Below, one piece after another: positions 56,976-64,000 of a stretch of DNA of 64,000 nt. The DNA comes from Corallococcus coralloides (GTDB taxonomy: Bacteria > Myxococcota > Myxococcia > Myxococcales > Myxococcaceae), in the NCBI RefSeq assembly GCF_044792175.1, contig NZ_CP172866.1; one strand, 5' to 3'. How positions within the stretch are numbered: position 1 is the first letter of the stretch; each line of letters opens with the position of its first letter. A program made the translations under genes and the position numbers. The notes under the pieces are model-generated. The model ran no database searches. It was not told the origin of the DNA and saw only the letters and a list, made by a program, of their open reading frames with translations.

Positions 56976-58886
56976 ATGAACCGCTCAATCCTGCTGAAGA
57001 GCGCGTGGTGCGCCCTGCTGGTGCCCCTGCTGTCCTGCAACCTCCTCAAGGTCACTGACGACGAGGGGTCCACGACGGGCCGCGGTGCCAAGCGGTTCGA
57101 CCCCTACCAGGGCCTCAACTCCGGCGCGATCCGGCTGAGCCTCCAGTACATCAACGGCTGCGCCTTCCTGCCCAACGGGCAGATGGTGGCGAAGAACAGC
57201 GTGACCCCGGGGTATCCGGACACGTGCATCACGCCGCTCGCGCAGAACCCGCTGACGCTGTCGCCTCCCACCGGGACGCTGCAGATCCTGTCGGACACGC
57301 AGTACTTCCTGAACCAGTTCTCCGTGTCGGAGACGGTGGTCAACCAGCACAACAACCCCAACGACCAGACCGCCGCGCTGGCGTGGATCAAGAACCAGTC
57401 CGTGTTCTCCGGCCTGGACTGGACCAACGTCAACCAGGGCCCGGACGAGTGGAGCTTCTACAGCCTCGCGGGCGCGGTGGAGGACTGCTGGACCCGCGAG
57501 GTGCAGTTCGGCAACGCGAACTGGCAGAAGGTGAAGGACGACACCATCACCGTGGAGGTGCTGGACGAGACGGGCACCCCGCGCGCGAGCCAGACGTACC
57601 TGCGCTCGGAGCTGCTGGCCTCCTCGCCCTACGCCGGCCACAGCCGCTTCTCCTGGCGCTCGGAGAACCTGAAGCCGCCGCGCTTCCCCGGCGACAAGGA
57701 CCCCGGCACCGTGACGGGCTTCGCGGGCGGCCTGGACCAGAGCGCCATCACGCGCACCATCGCGCGCGTGGACTGGGTGGGCAGCACCAACCCCTTCAAG
57801 GTGCTGCGCGTGCCGCGCCTGTCGGGTCCCGGCGCGCTCCGGGCCACCTGGAGCCAGTTGCCGCACAAGCCGTTCTACTTCCCCGTCACGTACATCATCC
57901 CGGATGACCGCCCGTCCACCTGCACGGACGACGCCGGCAACCCGGTGCAGTGCAGCCCGGGCCTGGACTCGCGGCTGGTGTTCTCGCCCCCGAAGGAGGG
58001 CAGCTTCTACAAGCCTGGCGAGGACGTGAGCGTCTACGTGGACCTGCGCGACAGCGCGGGCGCGCACCTGCACTCGCGCGACCTGCTGCCCAGCGCGCGG
58101 GAGATCATCGGCGGCCAGTCCAACGGCATCCAGACCTTCGTCCCCAACGTCATCGCGACCGTCACGGAGAACGACTCCATCTCCAACGTGGCCATCGCCG
58201 GTCCCATCCAGGACCTGAAGGTGCTGGGCAACCCCAGCGACAAGCCCGAGTTCTTCGCGCGGCCGTTCCCGTTCGCCATGCTGGATGACGCCACGCTCAC
58301 GGGGCTGACGCCGGGCCTCATCGACTACAAGTGGCCCACCCGCCAGACGTTCACGCTGCCCGCGAACGCGAAGCCGGGCACCTACGTGGCGCTGGTGAAG
58401 TTCAACCGCGCGGCCCTGGGCGAGCGCGTCGCCAAGCTGAACCCCTTCTTCTTCCAGGTGGGCCAGGACGAGCCCACGACGTACCCGGGCAACGTGGGCA
58501 ACTGCCAGATCTGCCACCGCGGCGTGCTGTCGCTGGACAACCTGCGCCACGGCCTGTCGGTGGACCACATCGAGAGCTGCAAGGTCTGCCACCACTACGA
58601 CACGGACACGGTGGGCCGCACGCAGGAGATGGTGCACCGCATCCACATGAACTCGCCCAGCTACCCGGCGAACCGCGCGGACTGCACCGTGTGCCACCTG
58701 ACGCGCAAGAGCACGGAGCGGCCCAGCCTGGCGCTGTGCGGCTCGTGCCACATCTCCCAGCACGGGGACGAGTTCTTCCAGATCGCCTTCAACCAGCGCG
58801 GCACGCCCAGCCGGTTCGGCAACTGCGCGCAGACCTGCCACGGCGGCGAGCAGCTCCCCGCCCGACACATCCTCCCCGCGAAGTAG
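56976..58886 (+). CDS. multiheme c-type cytochrome lipoprotein (five CxxCH/CxxxCH motifs in the C-terminal third)
   Basis: Lipobox LLSCN. CQICH, CKVCH, CTVCH, CGSCH and CAQTCH. Confidence 0.7.
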   Translation: MNRSILLKSAWCALLVPLLSCNLLKVTDDEGSTTGRGAKRFDPYQGLNSGAIRLSLQYINGCAFLPNGQMVAKNSVTPGYPDTCITPLAQNPLTLSPPTGTLQILSDTQYFLNQFSVSETVVNQHNNPNDQTAALAWIKNQSVFSGLDWTNVNQGPDEWSFYSLAGAVEDCWTREVQFGNANWQKVKDDTITVEVLDETGTPRASQTYLRSELLASSPYAGHSRFSWRSENLKPPRFPGDKDPGTVTGFAGGLDQSAITRTIARVDWVGSTNPFKVLRVPRLSGPGALRATWSQLPHKPFYFPVTYIIPDDRPSTCTDDAGNPVQCSPGLDSRLVFSPPKEGSFYKPGEDVSVYVDLRDSAGAHLHSRDLLPSAREIIGGQSNGIQTFVPNVIATVTENDSISNVAIAGPIQDLKVLGNPSDKPEFFARPFPFAMLDDATLTGLTPGLIDYKWPTRQTFTLPANAKPGTYVALVKFNRAALGERVAKLNPFFFQVGQDEPTTYPGNVGNCQICHRGVLSLDNLRHGLSVDHIESCKVCHHYDTDTVGRTQEMVHRIHMNSPSYPANRADCTVCHLTRKSTERPSLALCGSCHISQHGDEFFQIAFNQRGTPSRFGNCAQTCHGGEQLPARHILPAK

Positions 58887-58901
58887 GGGAAGCACCCCGC
58901 C

Positions 58902-60023
58902 ATGCAAAGAGCTCTCTTCGTCGGAACGCTCCTCGGCGCGGCCCTGCTGAACGCGGGCTGCCAGGACTCCACCAACCCCGCGGCGTCCACCTTCACGCCG
59001 CGCCCCACGTATGAGAACCGCGAGCCGGAGGGCCTCACCTCCCGCGTGACGGGCTTCACCGTGGATCCGGAGGCCTACTTCCTCAACCTGGCCAACTGCG
59101 CGCCGCCGCCCGCGCAGTGCGCGCTGCCGCCGCTGTACGCGGAGTTCAGCCCGCTCCTGCAGCGCGCGGTGGTGCGCAACGCGCCCATCACCCTGCAGGA
59201 CACGCAGCCGGACCCCGCCACGGGCCAGCCGCCCGCGCCGGGCGCGCCCACGGTGTCGGACGCCAACGGCATCTGGACCCTGGACAAGGTGCCCACCCGC
59301 CGGGGCGCGCCGTTCCTCGTGCTGTCGCTGGGAGGGCAGGCCACGCTGGCCAACAACGCCACGTTGCCGCTGCCGCCTCCGCTGCCGACGCTGCCGCCCG
59401 TGCCGGAGGGCAACTATGTCCCCACGCTGACGGTGCGGCCGGTGGTGCCCGCGCACAGCGCCTGCGTGGGCCTGGAGGCCCTGCAGATGAGCGACAAGGG
59501 CATCCTGGAGGCGGTCGCGAAGTCCCTGACCGCCGAGGGCACGTCCACCACGGTGGCGGACCTGCTCAACCCGGCCCGCTTCGGCGGCGTGACGGTGTTC
59601 TGGATGTACCGGCCGGGCTTCCCCGTGTTCCGCGTGCCGGCGGCGAACACCACCGTGACGGCCACCTCCGGCCGCGTGCTGAACGTCGAGTGGGCGCCCC
59701 CGGGCGCGCTGCCGCCGGCGCTGGCGCCGTTCCAGTCCACGCGCGGCTTCTTCATCCCGCCGGGGCCGCCGGCGCCCAACAGCTCCCTGGGCATCGTCGC
59801 CGTCGTCCACCCGCCGCTGATGGGGCCGCCGCCCGTGGTCCACTACGAGGCGAAGGACGTCACCACGAGCGACCCGGAAGGGCGCCCCTGGTCGCTGATG
59901 CAGCCGGTGGACCTCCCCGTCATCCCGGGGGTCGTGACGTTCGCCGGCCTCCAGTTGGTCAGCAAGACGCCGTCCTCGACGCCCCAGATTCCCCCGCCCA
60001 GCACCTGCCTGCCGGGCCAGTAG
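58902..60023 (+). CDS. Pro-rich lipoprotein, unknown function
   Basis: Lipobox LNAGC. Starts 16 nt after the cytochrome gene. Confidence 0.55.
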   Translation: MQRALFVGTLLGAALLNAGCQDSTNPAASTFTPRPTYENREPEGLTSRVTGFTVDPEAYFLNLANCAPPPAQCALPPLYAEFSPLLQRAVVRNAPITLQDTQPDPATGQPPAPGAPTVSDANGIWTLDKVPTRRGAPFLVLSLGGQATLANNATLPLPPPLPTLPPVPEGNYVPTLTVRPVVPAHSACVGLEALQMSDKGILEAVAKSLTAEGTSTTVADLLNPARFGGVTVFWMYRPGFPVFRVPAANTTVTATSGRVLNVEWAPPGALPPALAPFQSTRGFFIPPGPPAPNSSLGIVAVVHPPLMGPPPVVHYEAKDVTTSDPEGRPWSLMQPVDLPVIPGVVTFAGLQLVSKTPSSTPQIPPPSTCLPGQ

Positions 60024-60122
60024 CCGCCTCACCCGTCCCAACGCCGGCGCTCCCTCCACGCCTCCCCGTGGTGCGGACGGAGCGCCGTGTGCCGTCCCCG
60101 TTCATCCGGAGAAGCGTTCCCC

Positions 60123-61376
60123 ATGATGAAGAAGATCCTGATCGCCATTGGTGCGTTGGTCGCCCTGGTCCTGATTGGCGCGGGCACCGCCATGGGCGTG
60201 GCCAGCCACAAGATCAACAAGTCGTATGACTACGTCGCGCTGCCCAACATCACGCGAGACAGCTCTCCGGAGGGCATTGCCCGCGGTGAGCAGGTGTTCC
60301 GCGCGGTGTGCGCGGAGTGTCACGCGGGCGGTGGCAACACCAAGCCCACGGGCGTGCAGATGCACGACTTCCCGCCGGAGCTGGGCACGTTCTACTCGGC
60401 GAACATCACCTCCGACCCGGAGAAGGGCGTGGGCGCCTGGACGGACCAGGAGATCGCCCGCATGGTGATCAACTCCATCGACAAGAACCACCACGTGCGC
60501 CCCATGCCCGCGTTCCCCAACATGGGTGACAAGGACCTGGCGGCGGTCATCGGGTTCATGCGCTCGGGGCACCCGGACTTCGCGCCGGAGAAGACCCAGC
60601 CGCCGCGCTCCACGCTGACCCCCATGGGCCGGATGGTGTTCTCCTTCGCCATGGGCATCAACGACAAGGGCCGCACGGAGGCGGTGCCCGTGCCCGCGAA
60701 GGCGGCGGACTCGGTGGAGTACGGCCGCTACGTGTCCGCCAGCGTCTACGACTGCGTCTTCTGCCACTCGCCGGGCTTCGAGGGCAGCGCGGCGAAGATG
60801 AAGAACCCGGACACCGTGCTGAGCGGCGGCTTCGAGTTCGACCTGACGCCGCTGGGCGGCGAGGGCAAGCTGCTGTCGCCCAACATCACCGTCAGCGAGA
60901 CGGCCGGCATCGGCAAGTGGACGCTGGACGAGTTCAAGCACGCCATGCGCACGGGCGTGACGCCCGCGGGCCACATCCTGCGCGCGCCCATGCCCAAGTA
61001 CCGCTACGCGGACGACGTGGAGCTCACGGCCATCTACACCTTCCTGCGCTCCATGAAGCCCAACGACACCGTGGTGCCGCCCCCCGCCGGTGGCCGCCCC
61101 AAGGCGGAGCCGTCCAACGACCCGGAGAAGATGTTCAGCTCCCTGGGCTGCGCGACCTGCCACGCCCCCGGCAAGGCCTACGAGGCCAAGCTCCAGGGCG
61201 CCAAGGGCAAGGCCCCGGAGGAAGTGGCCAAGTGGATCCGCAACCCGGAGTCCTTCAAGCCCGGCACGCAGATGCCCACCTACGAGTCGCTCGTCGACGA
61301 GACCAACGCCCTGGCGCTGGCGAAGTACGTCCTGGGCAGGACGGGCGGCACCGTGAGTGAAGGCACCACGCCCTGA
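60123..61376 (+). CDS. membrane-anchored triheme cytochrome c
   Basis: N-terminal TM (ILIAIGALVALVLIGAG). CAECH, CVFCH, CATCH. Confidence 0.75.
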   Translation: MMKKILIAIGALVALVLIGAGTAMGVASHKINKSYDYVALPNITRDSSPEGIARGEQVFRAVCAECHAGGGNTKPTGVQMHDFPPELGTFYSANITSDPEKGVGAWTDQEIARMVINSIDKNHHVRPMPAFPNMGDKDLAAVIGFMRSGHPDFAPEKTQPPRSTLTPMGRMVFSFAMGINDKGRTEAVPVPAKAADSVEYGRYVSASVYDCVFCHSPGFEGSAAKMKNPDTVLSGGFEFDLTPLGGEGKLLSPNITVSETAGIGKWTLDEFKHAMRTGVTPAGHILRAPMPKYRYADDVELTAIYTFLRSMKPNDTVVPPPAGGRPKAEPSNDPEKMFSSLGCATCHAPGKAYEAKLQGAKGKAPEEVAKWIRNPESFKPGTQMPTYESLVDETNALALAKYVLGRTGGTVSEGTTP

Positions 61377-61397
61377 GTTTGACGGCGGTGTGACAAA

Positions 61398-61430
61398 GGC
61401 CCCCGCGTGAGTGTCAACACGCGGGGGGCC
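61398..61430 (+). terminator. hairpin (ggcccccgcgtg-agtgtcaa-cacgcggggggcc) after the cytochrome operon
   Basis: Seen directly. Followed by a second short palindrome. Confidence 0.4.
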
Positions 61431-61498
61431 CGTGAAACATCACGTTTCTTCCGGGGGGGCGGGAGTCACAGGAAGTACAGGTTGGTATAAGCTTTCAT

Positions 61499-62497
61499 GT
61501 GAAGTCGTTCCCCCACCCCGTGGAGCGTCATTCCATGAATGTTTCATCCGCCTCCCCCTCGGCACACCGGACGCAGTCCCCCCAGCCGCTTCACCTCCAC
61601 GAGACGAAGCACCCGGACGCGCAGGGCCCCATCCGGTTGGATGACGTGCTCTGGAACCCGGTCAACGCGGAGGAGGCGCTGGAAGGGCTGGAGAAGATCC
61701 TCGCCCGGCTGAACGCGCGGAATGACTCACGCGCCATCTTCCTGGACATCTACGCCATCGTCACGCGCAAGGTCGTCCACCTGCTGAGCCGGGAGGACGC
61801 GGGCGGCTTCCTCGAACCCGAGTGGCTGTCGCACCTGACGGGCCGCTTCGCGGAGGAGGCGCTCATCGCGGTGCGGGACTCGCTGAAGAACCTGCCGCTG
61901 CCCACCGCGGCGTGGCGCTTCGCGACGCACTACCCGGCGCAGGGCCTGACGCAGCCGTACCAGGACGCGCTCCTGGGCGTGAGCGCGCACATCAACCACG
62001 ACCTGGGAATGGTCGTCTACGACAACATCGCCCACCAGTCGCCGCCGGTGGACGCGCGCCGCCTGGCGCGCTACCGGCATGACTACTTCCACGTGAACGA
62101 GATCCTGCGCTCGTGCATCCCGGAGTGCCTGGACCTGCTCGCGGAGCGCTACCGGTGCGCGTCCACGCGGTTGCTGCTGCGCGTGCCCTTCAGCCGCCCC
62201 GTGGTGGAGCGGGCGGTGATGCAGATGCTCATCGTGTGGCGGCAGCGCGTCTGGGACAACGTCGTCGCGATGCTGGAGGCGCAGACGCCCGAGGAGCACC
62301 AGGCCGTCGTGGAGCGCGTGCGCACCACGTCCGGCCGCATCGCGCAGGCGCTGTGCGCGGACAAGGCGCTCTGGTGGACGGTGCGCGGCGAGTCTCCGCC
62401 GTTCAGCCTGGACCTGCCGCCGGAGGCGTGGCCCGGCGTGGTGCCGCCTCCGGAGCCCGGGCCGGACGCGGACGCGAGCGCTGCCCGCGCCGGCTAG
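61499..62497 (+). CDS. hypothetical protein
   Basis: Coding-like composition. Possible start at 61535. Confidence 0.5.
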   Translation: MKSFPHPVERHSMNVSSASPSAHRTQSPQPLHLHETKHPDAQGPIRLDDVLWNPVNAEEALEGLEKILARLNARNDSRAIFLDIYAIVTRKVVHLLSREDAGGFLEPEWLSHLTGRFAEEALIAVRDSLKNLPLPTAAWRFATHYPAQGLTQPYQDALLGVSAHINHDLGMVVYDNIAHQSPPVDARRLARYRHDYFHVNEILRSCIPECLDLLAERYRCASTRLLLRVPFSRPVVERAVMQMLIVWRQRVWDNVVAMLEAQTPEEHQAVVERVRTTSGRIAQALCADKALWWTVRGESPPFSLDLPPEAWPGVVPPPEPGPDADASAARAG

Positions 62498-62508
62498 CAG
62501 GGCCGCCT

Positions 62509-63924
62509 TCAGGAGGGCGTGACTCCGGCCACGAGGTAGAAGCGCACCTGGCCGGAGTTGACGGCGTAGGCGACGTCCACGCCCAGCAGGGGCAGCACGA
62601 CGTTGTTGAGGTACAGCCGCAGGCCCGCGCCCACGCCCTGGGCCACGGTGACGGGGTTCTGGCCCGTGAGGGTCTCCCGCAGGTAGTCGCGGATGACGCG
62701 TCCGTTGGCGTCGCGGAGGACTCCATCCTCGGGGACGTCCCACCACGCGATGGCGCCCGTGTCGGAGAAGGCCACGCCCCGGAAGGCCAGCGACTGCACC
62801 TTGAAGAGGGGGAAGTGGTACTCGGCCGTGAAGGTGAGGCGGGTGTCGCCGCGGAACTGCCGGTACTGGAAGCCGCGCAGCGTGGTGCCGCCCATCACCA
62901 GCTCCTGGTGGAAGGGCAGGTCCCTGCCCAGGGCCAGCTCGCCGCGCAGCACCAGGTTGTGCTCCGTGAAGAAGCGGATGCCGTGGCGGTAGAGCAGGCC
63001 GAACTTGCGGTAGTCGAACTCGCTCCACACGCCCGGGGTGGACACCTCGTAGGAGGCCTCCAGGTTGAGCCCCTCCGTCACCGCGTGCAGCGTCTGGCGC
63101 GAGTCCAGGCCCACCATGAGGCGCAGCGACGTGTCCCGCATGGCGGGGCCGGTGGAGAAGGGCGGCACCGTGACCGGCATCTCGGGGTCCGGAGCCTTCG
63201 CGTCGATGCTGGCCAGGCGGTACTTCGCCGCCGCGCGCACGCGCTCGAAGAGGATGAAGCCCAGCTCGGAGCTGAGGGACGCGGAGTTGAAGCGCGTGCG
63301 CCGGAGGATCTCCGGGTCGTCCTCGCTGGCGTCCATGCTGTACTCGTCCACGCGGTCGCTCTTGAGCTGCCCCTCCAGGCTGAACTTGAGCTGCGGCAGC
63401 CCGAAGAGGATGGGGTCCAGGAAGCCCACGTACAGGCCGCTCTCGCCGGTGCTCACCTGCGCCGCGACGGCGAACTTCTTCGCGCGGCCGCCCAGGTTGT
63501 TCTCCGCGTAGAGCAGCCCGCCGCCGGTGTTCGCGGAGGACAGGGCCACCGTGGGCGCCACCACCCACGACGCCTTGTCCTTCACGCGCAGCACCAGCCG
63601 CACGCGCCCGTCGGGCATCGGCTCCGTGCTCACGCGGGCGTCCTGGAAGAGGCCCGTGGCCAGCAGGCGCCGCTTCACCTTCTCCAGCTCCTCGTCGTCC
63701 ACCTCGTCGCCCACGTCCACCTTGCCGAACGAGCGCACCGTCGAGGACCGCGTCTTGTTCGCGCCCTCCACCGTCACGTCCCCGACCTCCGAGCGTTGGG
63801 AGGTGGACACGGGCGTGTCCTCGTCGGCGTGGGCCACGGCGGCCCCCAGGCCCGTCAGGGCCAGGGCGAGGACGGACAGGTGACGGCGCAGGCAGGAGAG
63901 ACGCACGCACCGCTCATACTCCAC
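62509..63924 (-). CDS. Omp85/TamA-BamA-family outer-membrane protein (POTRA + surface-antigen beta-barrel)
   Basis: Signal peptide. POTRA-like N-terminal region. Beta-barrel ending in an aromatic-rich C-terminus. Confidence 0.7.
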   Translation of the reverse strand: MEYERCVRLSCLRRHLSVLALALTGLGAAVAHADEDTPVSTSQRSEVGDVTVEGANKTRSSTVRSFGKVDVGDEVDDEELEKVKRRLLATGLFQDARVSTEPMPDGRVRLVLRVKDKASWVVAPTVALSSANTGGGLLYAENNLGGRAKKFAVAAQVSTGESGLYVGFLDPILFGLPQLKFSLEGQLKSDRVDEYSMDASEDDPEILRRTRFNSASLSSELGFILFERVRAAAKYRLASIDAKAPDPEMPVTVPPFSTGPAMRDTSLRLMVGLDSRQTLHAVTEGLNLEASYEVSTPGVWSEFDYRKFGLLYRHGIRFFTEHNLVLRGELALGRDLPFHQELVMGGTTLRGFQYRQFRGDTRLTFTAEYHFPLFKVQSLAFRGVAFSDTGAIAWWDVPEDGVLRDANGRVIRDYLRETLTGQNPVTVAQGVGAGLRLYLNNVVLPLLGVDVAYAVNSGQVRFYLVAGVTPS

Positions 63925-64000
63925 GGGCCTCGGGCCCTGGTTGTTCCGGCGTGCGGCGAACGGCGCGTGCGCGCGATGCTCAACGTTCCGCGCCCGGCTC

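Noticed and set aside
56985-60059. 1024-aa minus-strand ORF antisense to the cytochrome genes
   Set aside because: The plus strand has lipoboxes and multiple CxxCH motifs. The antisense frame has no features.
1-64000. Search for tRNA/rRNA genes, IS elements, integrases and phage genes
   Set aside because: No cloverleaf-like conserved tRNA blocks, no rRNA-like low-GC structured segments, and no transposase or integrase motifs were seen. The window appears to be core chromosome, not a mobile island.

Overview
High-GC (about 70%) myxobacterial-type chromosome segment (Myxococcus/Corallococcus-like codon usage). It is densely coding on both strands. I found no rRNA, tRNA, CRISPR array, transposase or integrase. 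About 45 protein genes are supported. Many long ORFs in the six-frame track are antisense or frame-fused artefacts of the GC bias; I resolved these by domain content and by internal Met/RBS positions. The recognisable core genes are: methionine aminopeptidase; a YeiH-family exporter and a LysR regulator; MltG; a PAS-GAF histidine kinase; an InhA-like M6 metalloprotease; PEP carboxylase; a CotH-kinase lipoprotein; an SGNH hydrolase; a PilZ protein; a GNAT; an esg-like 2-oxoacid dehydrogenase E1 alpha/beta pair; a HAMP-PP2C phosphatase; a TPR protein; a TonB-dependent receptor; a STAS-fused Hanks kinase; an acyl-CoA desaturase; a B12-radical SAM enzyme; PitA with a PhoU-like partner; an M28 peptidase; Slt; MenA; and an Omp85-family outer-membrane protein. 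The most interesting signals are four. First, a three-gene plus-strand operon: a SLOG/LOG-like (TIGR00725-type) protein, a small 4-TM protein, and a 1434-aa protein with two class-III nucleotidyl-cyclase domains, a STAND/AAA P-loop and TPRs. A small Cys-rich protein is transcribed divergently from it. This is a candidate nucleotide-second-messenger sensor/effector module. Second, a divergent pair: a heme-oxygenase-like 'iron-containing redox enzyme' and a membrane desaturase-like His-box protein, sharing an AT-rich promoter island. Third, a multiheme c-type cytochrome lipoprotein, a lipoprotein and a membrane-anchored triheme cytochrome c, immediately downstream of menA. Fourth, an RsbW-like GHKL protein translationally coupled to a STAS–Ser/Thr-kinase fusion. 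A candidate TPP-riboswitch-like leader precedes the TonB-dependent receptor.
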